Counted from the first letter of the stretch, positions 9,779 to 20,807 are shown. The stretch is DNA of 64,000 bases from Candidatus Bathyarchaeia archaeon (GCA_038883335.1 JAVZMI010000002.1:9242-73241), one strand, 5' to 3'. Notes: a model not told the origin generated them from the letters alone. Numbers and translations: made by a program.

Positions 9779-10222
9779 TCAGGTTATGATTATGTTGTCT
9801 ATGTCGTAGTATCTTTTCACAAGGTATCTGCCTCTCTCAGCCTTCTCTCCACCTCGGCCGATAGCTGCACCCTTGTCCCTAGGATCTACCGTGACGACAG
9901 CTATCTTCCTGCCATCGAGCTTCTCGGTTATACGAATCTCCTTTATCCTCGCCGGGCTGAAAAGATTCTTTATGAACTCAGTAGGGGTCTCAGCATACTC
10001 AACTATCTCAATATCTCTCCCAGTCATCCTCTTAAGCGCCTTCACCTTTGACCCCCCTTCCCCTATGGCTAAACCCGCTTCATTAGGCTTAGTCACGAAG
10101 ATAATTCTGTTACTATTCTTGTCAATGAGACAGTCTCGGGAGGTGGCTCCAGTTACACTCTCGAAAAGTGCAATGTAACGCATCTCGTCAGCTGTGAGCT
10201 TTATCTTATTTGATATCAACAC
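9779..10222 (-). CDS. nusA: Archaeal NusA-like KH protein
   Basis: YIALFESVTGA, GLAIGEGG and AAIGRGG KH motifs; follows rpl30e. Confidence 0.95.
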   Translation of the reverse strand: MLISNKIKLTADEMRYIALFESVTGATSRDCLIDKNSNRIIFVTKPNEAGLAIGEGGSKVKALKRMTGRDIEIVEYAETPTEFIKNLFSPARIKEIRITEKLDGRKIAVVTVDPRDKGAAIGRGGEKAERGRYLVKRYYDIDNIIIT

Positions 10223-10523
10223 CCTTCACCAACCTCATGAGAGTTTCACTTTCCCCGATCTCCGCCAAAGCCATTGCTGCAACCGTATGAGTTCTACTAC
10301 ATGCGACCCCCAGATCGGTGCTTGAACTCGGATATTGAAATACAGGCGTATTCGACAGTTTCGCGAGCATGTTTACCTCAGCTCTAACTTTCTCAGGACA
10401 ATTTGAAGCTAATATAACAAGTTTAGCCTTCCCACTTTTCAGCATCTCCAAGGCCTGTTTGCAGCCAAACCTAGCCTTACCCGCCTTTAACGCCATCAAG
10501 ATGGCTTTATTCATATATGACAT
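10206..10523 (-). CDS. rpl30e: 50S ribosomal protein L30e
   Basis: AKLVILASNCP...DLGVAC motif; position between rpoA and nusA. Confidence 0.93.
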   Translation of the reverse strand: MSYMNKAILMALKAGKARFGCKQALEMLKSGKAKLVILASNCPEKVRAEVNMLAKLSNTPVFQYPSSSTDLGVACSRTHTVAAMALAEIGESETLMRLVKGVDIK

Positions 10524-10598
10524 TCTTACACCGCCCTAAACCACACCCTAACAATAGTTGAAATATAATTAAAGCAATATGATTTCGCGATACTAATT

Positions 10599-13500
10599 TT
10601 AAGACCTCTCCTTGCCTGGTGCCATGTAGAGATTAACAGTACCAGTCCCTACAGGGATCATTTGACCACATATCACACTCTCGGTTACTCCGGTTAGATT
10701 ATCCTCCAGACCTCTAACGGCTGCAGAGATCAGTGTTGGAACTGTTATCTCAAAGGCAGCTCTCGCTAGGACACTGGCCTTCTCACCGCTCACCCCATGC
10801 CGCCCAATCTGCATAACTTCGCCAAGACAGGTCATCATGTCTGCGACCAGCATAACATGTCTAATGTCAACATCTAACCCTTGTTCACTCAATACGCTCC
10901 TTATCTCTCTTATCAGAGCGTTCCTAGCAGCCTCTATCCCAAGAGTCTCAGCGATCTCGTGTATGCTGTTAGTATTAGTCCTAGTCGGATCGACACCCTC
11001 TACTCTTATTACCTTTGTTAGATTCGAGCCGTCAGTCTTAATTATCCACTCCCCATCTTCCTGAGTGATTAAGGCCCTACTGATGCCTTGCACCCCCTTT
11101 ATGCATAAGGACGGGATTTTCTCAAAGAGCTTAGTTAACTCGCTAGTATCATCAGGTTTTATTTTCAACGAATCCCCATGAGTTGAGATGGAACACTTCA
11201 TAGACTTAAATGCTGACTTGATCTGGTTGAGGTTTACGCCTCCCTCCTTCATTGCCAGCCTATCAAGTTTCACGATTATCGAAGCCTCAGCCTGATCGAG
11301 AAAGATTCCTGAAGACACGTCGCGGAGGGTGGTGTAGACTAGCTTTTGGGCTATAGCAGTTGCCTTCTCCCTATCCTTTCTGAACTCCCCCTGCAAATAA
11401 ACCGTCATGATAGGTGTGGAAGGGATCTTTCGAGCATCTACCAACTCGATGATTCGTGGAAGACCTAGGGTAACGTTCATCTCCTTAACGCCGGCAAAGT
11501 GGAAGGTTCGTAGAGTCATCTGTGTGCCAGGCTCACCTATCGACTGTGCAGCAACCACCCCCACGGATTCTCCAGGTTCAATCTTCGCCATACTATAATC
11601 GCGAACCGTGGTTGAGATAACCTTGTCCACGGCCTCCTTACTAAGCTTCGACCCTGAGAGGTCCTTCCTCAGCTCATTGATAAGTAGGGGGGTTAATTCA
11701 TTTTTAACCTCGTCCAATCTTTCATTAATATAACGCTCAGACGCAGCCATTCCTCCAGAAGTGGAAAGTTTCACCCTCTCGACAAGCCGCTCAATATTGA
11801 CGGCTTTGCCGTGGTCGCTCTTGGCAGGGTCAACTCCGTCCTCTCCATAACGGAATTGGATAATTTGACCGGTAGCCGTTCTCACAGTCTCGTCATGTTC
11901 AACCCTTAAATCTTGGAGGGCATTAACGAGGCGGCGTTGCATATAACCACTCTGCTGAGTTCGAACAGCCGTGTCCACCAAGCCCTCCCTGCCACCGATA
12001 GCGTGGAAGAAGAATTCAGTCGGCGACAAACCGTCTCGGTATGATCTGTAGACGAAGCCGCGGGCTTCGGGGCTAGGGTCGCCGGGTTCGAAGTGGGGCA
12101 AGGCACGATTCCTGTAGCCGCGAATTATCCTCTTCCCTCGAACTGACTGCTGACCTAGGCAGGCCGTCATTTGACCTATATTTAGGCTTGAACCGCGAGC
12201 TCCAGTCCTAGTCATTATAGCCCCGCTATTCTCCATACCAAAGTAATAGTTAGCCTTGGCCCCAGCCTCGTCGCGAGCCTTGGCAAGCTCGTTCATAGCG
12301 TAGATCTCGAACGACTCCTCGATGGAACGGCCAGGCAGCCTCGGTAGAGTTCCATCCTTAAGTGAGGCTGTCAACTTAGTTATGTACTTTTTAGCGTCAG
12401 CTGTTCTCTTCTCTATAGCCGATTTAACCTCCTGTGATATATCCAACTCTTCCAGAGAGTAGGAGAACCCTTTTAGAGATAAGAAATTGTTTACGAGTCT
12501 GCAGAGAGAATTCATAAAGGCTTTGCCTGCTTCAGTTCCATACTCTTTTATTATTCTGTGTAAAATGCTCTCTGACTTTTCAGCCCCTATAGCACTCCTG
12601 TCTATCACGCCGGACAGCAGTTTCCCATTTTTAATAACGACATAAGCATCCTTGTCGCAGTCTTCGTAGAGGCATTTGGGGCAACCAGGGCAGATGTTAG
12701 CTTTCATGACGTAGTCCAGCCCCTTCGGTAGTAGGAGACTGAATAAGTCCTTGCCAGACCATAACGGTTCTTTACCTTTTACAGTTGGCTCTGGAATTTC
12801 ACCTTCATAACCAATCGAGACCAGCAGATTGCACAGCTCATCCCTACGGAGGAACGTAGTCTTTCTAGTTAGGAGGTATGATGCTGTGATGAAGTCCCGA
12901 ATAGCGCCAATAAGAGGCCCACCATATCTCGGGGAGAGAATTTGATTTTGAACCTGCATTAAGACCCTAGCCTCTGTCACTGCCTCCTCCGTTTGTGGAA
13001 CATGGAGGTTCATTTCATCCCCATCGAAATCAGCGTTGTAGGGAGGACATACACAGAGGTGTAGTCTAAAAGTCTTATATGGTAGAACTTTGACGAAGTG
13101 TGCCATCATAGACATTCTATGAAGGGAAGGCTGCCTATTGAAGACCACCACATCGCCGTCCTTCAGGTGGCGTTCTACGATAAAGTGAGGCTGGAGGCTT
13201 TCGGCGACTTTACTTCTATCGACTACGAATTCAAGTCTGATACGCTTGCCGTCAGGCCTAACCACGTAGAGAGCCCCAGGGTAGGTTGATGGCCCATTCT
13301 TTACAAGTTGCCGGAGCTCTTCGATGTTCCACTCGGTTACAACTTCCGGATAGGTTAGCCGCATCGCTATCTCCAATGGTACCCCTACCTCATCGATGCT
13401 GAGGTTTGGGTCAGGGGAGATTACAGTCCTAGCTGAAAAGTCTACTCGTTTGCCGGAGAGGTTACTTCTGAATCTACCCTCCTTGCCCTTCAACCTCTGC

Positions 13501-14423
13501 GAGAGAGTCCTTAAAGCCCTACCAGACCTGTGCCTAGCTGGAGGAATCCCAGAAGTCTCATTGTCGAAGAAGGTTGTAACATGGTATTGGAGGAGGTCTG
13601 AAAGTTCGCGAAAGATGAGAGGAGGAGCGCCGCCTTCAGCCGCATACTCTTTGAGGCGATTATTTATTCGTATTATATCGACCAGTTTATGTGTTAGATC
13701 GTCCTCAGACCTTATGCCTGACTCGAGCATTATCGAGGGTCTAACGGCAACGGGCGGGACGGGTAAAACTTGTAGAACCATCCATTCTGGTCGAGCGGAT
13801 TGAGGAGAGAAACCTAAGACCGCAAGATCCTCGCTCTTTATTAGTTCTAATCTTCCCCTTATGATGGACGGTTCGAGGGGGCGTGTCCCTTCATCCGTGA
13901 TTTCGAAGAAGTTTGTGGGCTTACTAAATTCGATATGGTTATGTTTCTTCATACAATGTGGACACCTAATATTCTTCCTCGCTTCATGCCTAACCTCCTC
14001 GTATATGTTCACAGGATCGATGCCGACTTCATCTCTGGCTTTTGCTATTCTAGCCTTATACTCCTCAACTTTTTCATCTGAGAGGAGGATTCTACCACAC
14101 TCGCTACAGAATAGGTTTAAAAGTTCATGTATAATCTTTGTAAAACCTGTGTGAATAACTGGCGTAACGAGTTCTATATGACCGAAGTGACCAGGACATT
14201 TCGCCGGGGGATTCCCGCAGGTTTTACACCGTGTCCTAGGCTCCAATGTACCCATGCGTTCATCCATCAGCCCCATCGGTATCGGCGCCCCATCCTCGTC
14301 GTAGGTGTCAGCCTCTTGCAATTCGACGACGGATAATTTCCTGATCTCCTGAGGGGATTGGACGCCGAACTTGATCTTCTTGATAGTTTTTGTTACCTCT
14401 TCTACTACTTCCAGCGACATCAT
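10599..14423 (-). CDS. rpo1: RNA polymerase largest subunit Rpo1 (A' and A'' in one ORF)
   Basis: CPGHFGH, NLSGKRVDF and NADFDGD motifs continue in frame into AQSIGEPGTQMTLRTFH and ARAAFE. Confidence 0.98.
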   Translation of the reverse strand: MMSLEVVEEVTKTIKKIKFGVQSPQEIRKLSVVELQEADTYDEDGAPIPMGLMDERMGTLEPRTRCKTCGNPPAKCPGHFGHIELVTPVIHTGFTKIIHELLNLFCSECGRILLSDEKVEEYKARIAKARDEVGIDPVNIYEEVRHEARKNIRCPHCMKKHNHIEFSKPTNFFEITDEGTRPLEPSIIRGRLELIKSEDLAVLGFSPQSARPEWMVLQVLPVPPVAVRPSIMLESGIRSEDDLTHKLVDIIRINNRLKEYAAEGGAPPLIFRELSDLLQYHVTTFFDNETSGIPPARHRSGRALRTLSQRLKGKEGRFRSNLSGKRVDFSARTVISPDPNLSIDEVGVPLEIAMRLTYPEVVTEWNIEELRQLVKNGPSTYPGALYVVRPDGKRIRLEFVVDRSKVAESLQPHFIVERHLKDGDVVVFNRQPSLHRMSMMAHFVKVLPYKTFRLHLCVCPPYNADFDGDEMNLHVPQTEEAVTEARVLMQVQNQILSPRYGGPLIGAIRDFITASYLLTRKTTFLRRDELCNLLVSIGYEGEIPEPTVKGKEPLWSGKDLFSLLLPKGLDYVMKANICPGCPKCLYEDCDKDAYVVIKNGKLLSGVIDRSAIGAEKSESILHRIIKEYGTEAGKAFMNSLCRLVNNFLSLKGFSYSLEELDISQEVKSAIEKRTADAKKYITKLTASLKDGTLPRLPGRSIEESFEIYAMNELAKARDEAGAKANYYFGMENSGAIMTRTGARGSSLNIGQMTACLGQQSVRGKRIIRGYRNRALPHFEPGDPSPEARGFVYRSYRDGLSPTEFFFHAIGGREGLVDTAVRTQQSGYMQRRLVNALQDLRVEHDETVRTATGQIIQFRYGEDGVDPAKSDHGKAVNIERLVERVKLSTSGGMAASERYINERLDEVKNELTPLLINELRKDLSGSKLSKEAVDKVISTTVRDYSMAKIEPGESVGVVAAQSIGEPGTQMTLRTFHFAGVKEMNVTLGLPRIIELVDARKIPSTPIMTVYLQGEFRKDREKATAIAQKLVYTTLRDVSSGIFLDQAEASIIVKLDRLAMKEGGVNLNQIKSAFKSMKCSISTHGDSLKIKPDDTSELTKLFEKIPSLCIKGVQGISRALITQEDGEWIIKTDGSNLTKVIRVEGVDPTRTNTNSIHEIAETLGIEAARNALIREIRSVLSEQGLDVDIRHVMLVADMMTCLGEVMQIGRHGVSGEKASVLARAAFEITVPTLISAAVRGLEDNLTGVTESVICGQMIPVGTGTVNLYMAPGKERS

Positions 14424-17400
14424 GTTCTGTCCTCCAGAATTAGTCTAGGAGCAAGGCATAGACTCATCAGTTCTTGGAGAAGAAGTTTGAAGGCGTATGA
14501 AACTACCACAGGCGACACAATAGCGTCATCGCCACAAAGGTTGCAGACGTATCTCCTCTGCATCTGGTCGTAGTAAGCGATAAAGCCACAATGCTCACAG
14601 ACATACATCACACACCTATCAGACTCGTCTAATAGCCTGTTCTTTAGGAGAACTGCCGCCCCATGACCTATTAAACAGTCTCTCTCCATCTCCCCAAAAC
14701 GGAGACCACCACCTCTAGCTCTCCCTTCAGTAGGCTGCCTTGTTAACATTTGAACTTGACCTCTAGACCGGGCGTGCATCTTGTCAGCAACCATGTGATG
14801 GAGCTTCTGGTAATAGATCACACCCATGAAGACGTCGGCAACGAGTTTCTCACCTGTCATGCCATTATACAGAGTTTCTCTTCCACTGTGGTGAAAACCT
14901 AACTCCTTTAAAGCTCTCCTCAACTCCTCAGGTTTAGTGCCTACGAAAGGGGTACCATCGATTGTGTGCCCACAAACTGAGGCAACCTTGCCTGCCAGAG
15001 TCTCTACAAGTTGCCCTACAGTCATTCTAGATGGGAAAGCGTGAGGATTTATGATTATATCCGGGACTATCCCGTCCTCCGTGAATGGCATATCTTCTTG
15101 AGGAACCAACATCCCTATGACGCCTTTCTGCCCGTGGCGGGAGGCAAACTTGTCGCCGAGCTCTGCAGGCCGAGTGTCTCTAACCTTGACTTTTACAATT
15201 CTAGTACCTTGCGATGTATCAGTCAAAAAGACTGTGTCCACAACTCCCTTTTCGGATGGTCTCATGGTAATCGAGGTATCCCTCCTCGTAGGCCCTTTGA
15301 CTTCAAACTCCTTGTATTCTTCAAGGAAACGTGGCGGACTTGTCCTGCCCACTAAAACGTCAGAGCCAGAAACCTCGGCTTCAACACCAACTATCCCGTC
15401 GGCTTCCAAGAGGCGATAGCTCTGTTCACCCCTAAAGCCTCTAGCCCCAGCCTCAGGAATCTCGAAGCGGTCTTTCCCTCCACCGAGGTATTGCCTTGAC
15501 TCAGCTTCATATACCCTATAGAAAATCGACCTGCCCAACCCCCGCTCTACTGATGACTTGTTGAAGACCAGAGCATCTTCCATATTATATCCTTCGAAGG
15601 ATAGAACCGCTATAACGTAGTTCTGGCCGAGCGGTCTTTCATCATAACCCACCGTGAGCATAGTCTTAGTGGTGACTAGAGGTGTTTGAGGATAACTCAG
15701 AATGTACGACCTCGAGTCAGCTCTCAGATGGAAGTTAGTGGAGTAGATCCCTAAAGCCTGCTTTACCATTGCCGCCTCGTATGAGTTTCTCGGGGATTGG
15801 TTATGTTCAGGGTACGGTATGAGTGAGGCGCAGATACCTAGGATGGTGTAGGGTGCTATCTCAAGGTGTGTATGTTTCGGTGTGAGGTCACTTTCGAATA
15901 TTGCAATGTAAGCATTCTCCTCTTCGTCAGCGTCTAAAAACTCAATGATGCCATTCTTGATCAGATACTCCCACGAAATCTCTCCACTCTTAAGTTTCTC
16001 TATATGCTCAGAAGTAAGGAGAGGGCGGCCATCCCTGCAGACAATTAAGGGCCGCCGAACTCTTCCGGCATCATAGGTTACGTGAACCTCTCTGAGGATG
16101 ACCCTCGTAGACCTCTCTTCATAAAAGGCGATGTTGATCTCATGGCTGATCTCACCCTTCCTCCTCAGCTCTCTAATTCTCGACACAAGTCCAAGAGGGT
16201 CGCTACAATACCCTATAACCCCATCAAGGAATACTTTAGCTCCGTTAACTTTGAGCTCTCTGCTAGCTTTTTCCAATTCTACAACGCCAAGGTTCAGTAG
16301 AAGCGCCCTGACTTTTTCTCGGTCTATACCTACCGATATAGACGACGAGAGAGCGAGATTCTTTACGAGACCACAATTCGAGCCTTCGGGTGTTTCATTT
16401 GGGCATAGCCGCCCCCAATGGGTGGAGTGGAGGTCTCTAGCTTCAAAGTTGGGCTGACTTCGGCTAAGGGGAGATTGAAGACGGCGAAGGTGGCTTAGAG
16501 AGGCCACGTAGTTTGTCCTATCAAGTAGCTGAGTAACACCAACCTTACCCCGCCCCCAGTTACCGGTGGCTAGGGCATGCTGAATCCTCTCGGTGATAAT
16601 ACCAGGTCTGACTGCAGCGTTAATTGCACCTATGGCGCCAACTCGCTTCAGACTGGTTCGCTCCAGCTGGTATTTCATATCACGGCAAAGGTTGCGAAAC
16701 ATTGTTCTGAATAGATCTGCCAATAGAACTCCGGCCAATTTCACCCGCTTATTAGCATAATGATCTTTGTCGTCAGATGCTCTGATGCCGAGTTTGAGTT
16801 CTATCATCCGATTAGCTATCTCACCTAGGAAATAGGCCTTCTCCTTCCGTTTGTCTGGCGTTCTACCTATGTGTGGTAGAAAGTTCCTGTCTATAACTCC
16901 CTCAGCCTTCTTGAGTCTGTACTCTTCAATCTGACCGAAGGCAACCCTGTTACCAATGTATAGGATCGCATCTGAGGTTTTGAGGACCCCCTCAGACTTC
17001 TCGAATGAAGGCTCCAGTTGATCCTGTATCTCCTCCAGCGGCGAGACAACCTCAGCTATCTCTCTATCTGCCTCAACCCCTAAAGCCTTCATCAAGATTA
17101 CAAATGGTATGTCCGCAACAACTCCAGGGATGGAGACATTTATAGACCCGTCAGATTTCATCTTGACTTCTATGCGAGCTCTGAACCCGACGGTTGTTGA
17201 GAAGACTTTTGCTTTGTAGGCTACACCGACCCCCGACTCGTCATAGTCTACTAGAATACGGTTAGCGGCGAGATCTTCGAGACCTACCATTACTCTTTCT
17301 GAGCCGTTTATGATGAAGTAGCCACCCGGGTCTCTTGGATCCTCACCCATCCGAATTAGTTCATCTTCACTCACCCCTGAAAGGTTGCATTTTTTTGATT

Positions 17401-17770
17401 TTACCATTATGGGTATGTCGCCTATGTAGATGGGTTCGAGTGGGGATATCCTCTTTCCATCCCTCTCGATACACATTTCTAGGTAGAGAGGGGCTGCATA
17501 AGTGATATTGCGAAGCCTAGCCTCCATGGGGAGGATGCCATGGGCGGACCCGTCTACCTCCACAACCTTGGGCTTCTCAAGATTAACCTTCCCAAACCTG
17601 ATTCTGTAACGGTTCTCAGCTGCTATATCTATACCGCCTACCTCATCAACTATAGCTTGCAGACCATTCTCTATGAAGTCATCGTAGGATTTCAGATGTT
17701 GCTTTACCAAACCTTCCTCTTTGAGAAAACGCTCCACGAGGCTCCAATACTGTTCGTGTGACGCGGCCAT
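14420..17770 (-). CDS. rpo2: RNA polymerase subunit Rpo2 (B, unsplit)
   Basis: GGYFIINGSER, ETPEGSNCGLVKNL, GDKFASRHGQKG and GGLRFGEMERD motifs. Confidence 0.98.
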   Translation of the reverse strand: MAASHEQYWSLVERFLKEEGLVKQHLKSYDDFIENGLQAIVDEVGGIDIAAENRYRIRFGKVNLEKPKVVEVDGSAHGILPMEARLRNITYAAPLYLEMCIERDGKRISPLEPIYIGDIPIMVKSKKCNLSGVSEDELIRMGEDPRDPGGYFIINGSERVMVGLEDLAANRILVDYDESGVGVAYKAKVFSTTVGFRARIEVKMKSDGSINVSIPGVVADIPFVILMKALGVEADREIAEVVSPLEEIQDQLEPSFEKSEGVLKTSDAILYIGNRVAFGQIEEYRLKKAEGVIDRNFLPHIGRTPDKRKEKAYFLGEIANRMIELKLGIRASDDKDHYANKRVKLAGVLLADLFRTMFRNLCRDMKYQLERTSLKRVGAIGAINAAVRPGIITERIQHALATGNWGRGKVGVTQLLDRTNYVASLSHLRRLQSPLSRSQPNFEARDLHSTHWGRLCPNETPEGSNCGLVKNLALSSSISVGIDREKVRALLLNLGVVELEKASRELKVNGAKVFLDGVIGYCSDPLGLVSRIRELRRKGEISHEINIAFYEERSTRVILREVHVTYDAGRVRRPLIVCRDGRPLLTSEHIEKLKSGEISWEYLIKNGIIEFLDADEEENAYIAIFESDLTPKHTHLEIAPYTILGICASLIPYPEHNQSPRNSYEAAMVKQALGIYSTNFHLRADSRSYILSYPQTPLVTTKTMLTVGYDERPLGQNYVIAVLSFEGYNMEDALVFNKSSVERGLGRSIFYRVYEAESRQYLGGGKDRFEIPEAGARGFRGEQSYRLLEADGIVGVEAEVSGSDVLVGRTSPPRFLEEYKEFEVKGPTRRDTSITMRPSEKGVVDTVFLTDTSQGTRIVKVKVRDTRPAELGDKFASRHGQKGVIGMLVPQEDMPFTEDGIVPDIIINPHAFPSRMTVGQLVETLAGKVASVCGHTIDGTPFVGTKPEELRRALKELGFHHSGRETLYNGMTGEKLVADVFMGVIYYQKLHHMVADKMHARSRGQVQMLTRQPTEGRARGGGLRFGEMERDCLIGHGAAVLLKNRLLDESDRCVMYVCEHCGFIAYYDQMQRRYVCNLCGDDAIVSPVVVSYAFKLLLQELMSLCLAPRLILEDRT

Positions 17771-17772
17771 AG

Positions 17773-18021
17773 CTACTCCTCCACAACATACCTATAGTAT
17801 ACACTCTCGCCTGCCGTCTCACTTTTCCTGACGATTTTTATTACGTCCCCAACTTTAGCCTTAAGAGCTTTAACTGCGGGATCCGAGAGCTTAATCCTAG
17901 GCAGCTGGTAAAGTTTGATCCTATAGGTTGATAAAAGCCGTCTAACCTCATCCTCTGAGGCTATCATATGTTCAGGAACCAGTTCATGTTTAGGTAGGGT
18001 GAATTCTTCTTCTTTCACCAA
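17773..18021 (-). CDS. rpo5: RNA polymerase subunit Rpo5 (H)
   Basis: [17 protein letters not shown] and IVRKSETAG...YYRYV motifs. Confidence 0.97.
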   Translation of the reverse strand: MVKEEEFTLPKHELVPEHMIASEDEVRRLLSTYRIKLYQLPRIKLSDPAVKALKAKVGDVIKIVRKSETAGESVYYRYVVEE

Positions 18022-18175
18022 AGGATATGATCACTTCTCTTAGTATAGTTAAACAATTAGTTAACAGATATGGTATTCAACTCTATGATTAACCTGCACG
18101 GGTAGAGTTTCGATAATAGAATGGAACTAATAAACTTTTTGCGAAAATAGCGAAACGTGCGCGGGAGTATAGAAC

Positions 18176-18934
18176 TTAAAAATCGCGGACTCCCTCTGAG
18201 ACAGCTGGTTTACAGTTAGAGACATTTAACTCCTTCATCTTCTGAGCCCACATAGCCACCAGCCTTCGATCCACCACACCTTTAACCCTGTCCCTGCCGG
18301 TGCAGACTGCACCCCTAACGCCGATGATGTCTGCACCTATCCCCCAAACCTTAGCGATATCATCAACGCTCAAGGAGCCCGCCAGAGCAACTGTTAGACC
18401 GTTATCATGAGCTTCAGCTGCAAGCCTATTCAACTCGTTGGTGTCTAGGAAGTCAAAGAGGCGCCTGCCGTCCTTAAGTTTGAGATCGACGAGGATGCCG
18501 TCACACTCAGCTTTATATGCTATAGCTGGAAGATCCAGCGGCGAGATGCATCCTATTTCCTTATAGTCACCATATCCTGAAGCAACGACCTTGACCTTAG
18601 GCCTATATCCTTTCGCAGCCTTACAAACAGCAACCATTAGTTCCGTGGCTTCGCTGAAGTTTCGAGACCCATATAGTCCCGCTTTTACATAGTCGACATC
18701 TGAGCAAGCAGCCCCAAAAGCTGCTAGGGCAGCTGTGCCTGGCAGATTTGGCAGATCGCCTAGTGTGGCGCTAACTTCCACATCTATTGCTACTCGTTTG
18801 ACTCGTTCTATGATCCATGGGAAGTTCGCCCCAAGAGAACCCTCTCGAGGATTCTTCACATCCAGTATATCAGCCCCACCTTTAATTGCCTCTAGTGCCT
18901 CATGCTCATCTACTACACTAACGAGAAGTTTCAC
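18176..18934 (-). CDS. mfnB: (5-formylfuran-3-yl)methyl phosphate synthase (methanofuran biosynthesis)
   Basis: LLVSV, GGADILDVKNPREGSLGANFPW, SATLGD, DYVKAGL, ALAGSL and DIIGVRGAVC motifs. Confidence 0.9.
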   Translation of the reverse strand: MKLLVSVVDEHEALEAIKGGADILDVKNPREGSLGANFPWIIERVKRVAIDVEVSATLGDLPNLPGTAALAAFGAACSDVDYVKAGLYGSRNFSEATELMVAVCKAAKGYRPKVKVVASGYGDYKEIGCISPLDLPAIAYKAECDGILVDLKLKDGRRLFDFLDTNELNRLAAEAHDNGLTVALAGSLSVDDIAKVWGIGADIIGVRGAVCTGRDRVKGVVDRRLVAMWAQKMKELNVSNCKPAVSEGVRDF

Positions 18935-19002
18935 TATAGGCGGCCTCGCAACGCTGTGAACTATTTATCCTCTGAGCGGATATATTTAACCTTGAAATCC
19001 TG

Positions 19003-20241
19003 ATGGTCTTTGATGTCGCAGTTGTTGGGGCTGGGCCTACCGGGTGCATGGCCGCATACACTGCATCAAGGTTAGGTTTGAAGACGGCTCTAATAGAGGA
19101 GCACAGGGAGGCTGGACAGCCTCTACATTGTACTGGAAAGTTGACTGCGAGGGCCTTTGAGGAGTTCAATCTCCCAAAAGACATAATATTGAACAGTGTT
19201 AGGGGTGCCTACTTGTACTCCCCCAGCAATGTTAGGCTGAGGGTCTGTAAGGAGGATGTGGAGTCTCACATAATCGATAGGGAGGCATTGGATGGGTGGC
19301 TGGCAGGGAGAGCATGCGGGGTTGGTGTAGAATTTCTGACAGGCATGAGGTGTCTCGAAGTAACTGGGCACGGCGGTTTTAAGAGGCTGAGGCTGCGGGG
19401 GGAGGAAAACTCATTGGAGGTTCTTACACGGCTGATCATTGACGCTGAAGGGGCTAACGCCACGCTGTTAAGGGGCATGGGTTTAAGGGGTGCAGAATCC
19501 TTCTTGGTTGGGTTACAATACGAAGCGGACGGCGTGGATTACGAAAGGGATGACTATGTAGAACTTTACTTTGGTAGCAGATTTACCCCGGGATTCTTCG
19601 GCTGGATAGTCCCACTCGGAGAGCATAGAGCTAGAGTTGGCCTTTGTGTGAGTAGTAAGGCAGCCTACCCTTGCAGAAAGTATCTGGACAGCCTTCTCAG
19701 AGAACACCCAGTTGTCTCTAAGAAGCTTCGAAGTGCCAAGCTAAGGCGCCTATTTGGCGGGAGAATACCTCTTCACGGGCCAATCTCTAAAACCTACGGT
19801 GACAGCTTCTTGGTTGTTGGGGATGCAGCAGCTCAGACGAAGTCAACCTCAGGTGGGGGGGTCTATTTTGGGTTGAAGGCTGCTAGGATAGCGGGAGAGA
19901 CCGCCGCCGAGTGCTTGAACGCGGGAGATTACAGCCAACAGCAATTGAAGAGATATGAAAGTAGGTGGAGGGCTAAGTTTGGGAGTGAACTGAAGTTCAC
20001 ATCCAAAGTCCGCACCTTCCTAGACAGACTCTCCGACAGAGACCTCGACTTGCTCTTTCGGCTATTTGGTTCCGATGAGAAGTTTATGAGAATTGTTGAG
20101 GTGTACGGTGATACAGCATATCAATCAAGGCTGTTGAAACCGGCTGCTCTCACAGCCGCTAGGGTCACCCTAGAAAATCCATCCAAACTGGGTTTACTCC
20201 TAAAGTTTGCCGCGAAGGGGCTCCTAAGCATCATAAGATGA
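19003..20241 (+). CDS. Geranylgeranyl reductase family FAD oxidoreductase
   Basis: VVGAGPTG, PLHCTG, DAEG, FFGWIVP and VGDAA...GGG motifs. Confidence 0.85.
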   Translation: MVFDVAVVGAGPTGCMAAYTASRLGLKTALIEEHREAGQPLHCTGKLTARAFEEFNLPKDIILNSVRGAYLYSPSNVRLRVCKEDVESHIIDREALDGWLAGRACGVGVEFLTGMRCLEVTGHGGFKRLRLRGEENSLEVLTRLIIDAEGANATLLRGMGLRGAESFLVGLQYEADGVDYERDDYVELYFGSRFTPGFFGWIVPLGEHRARVGLCVSSKAAYPCRKYLDSLLREHPVVSKKLRSAKLRRLFGGRIPLHGPISKTYGDSFLVVGDAAAQTKSTSGGGVYFGLKAARIAGETAAECLNAGDYSQQQLKRYESRWRAKFGSELKFTSKVRTFLDRLSDRDLDLLFRLFGSDEKFMRIVEVYGDTAYQSRLLKPAALTAARVTLENPSKLGLLLKFAAKGLLSIIR

Positions 20242-20450
20242 AGGGGGCAATAACAATACGTAGCATGTAAAGTGGCTTCTGAAACCTATTCGCGGTCTCT
20301 GTTATTAACAGAGACAAGGTGAGGATGAGACGTTTTCTGGACCACATGGAAGGTGAAATTCAACTTTTATAATCTAACTGCAAGCATCCGTGGTCTTGCC
20401 AGTTAAAAGAAATGAGAGTTGTGGGGAGGTTATGTCTCTCTTCTGCGTGG

Positions 20451-20807
20451 CTATGCTGCAACGGCGCCTGGGAGCACCAGCATTATGAAGACTGCTACTA
20501 TGAGCCCATATATGGCGATAGCTTCGATGAAGACTACAAAGATGAAGAACTTCCCAATAATCTCGGGTCGTTCAGCTCCAGCGGCAGCAATCGAAGAGGT
20601 TGCTATGCTTAACCCTATACCAGCCCCTAATCCTGGCCCAGCTATAGCAATACTAGCACCTATCGCCATTAAGCCCAGCTGTGAAGCCACGGCAGCGGTT
20701 GTAGCCTCGTCTTGGGCGTGCACATTTAGTAGATTAGCCGCTCCAACCAGCGAGACACCCAAAACGAATATGAAGAACATCTTCGAATTGATCTTCACTA
20801 TTTCCAC
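20451..20807 (-). CDS. atpK: A-type ATP synthase proteolipid c/K (single hairpin, signal-peptide-like N-terminus)
   Basis: GLGAGIG, AERPE and FIEAIAIYGL with the ion-binding Glu. Confidence 0.92.
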   Translation of the reverse strand: MEIVKINSKMFFIFVLGVSLVGAANLLNVHAQDEATTAAVASQLGLMAIGASIAIAGPGLGAGIGLSIATSSIAAAGAERPEIIGKFFIFVVFIEAIAIYGLIVAVFIMLVLPGAVAA

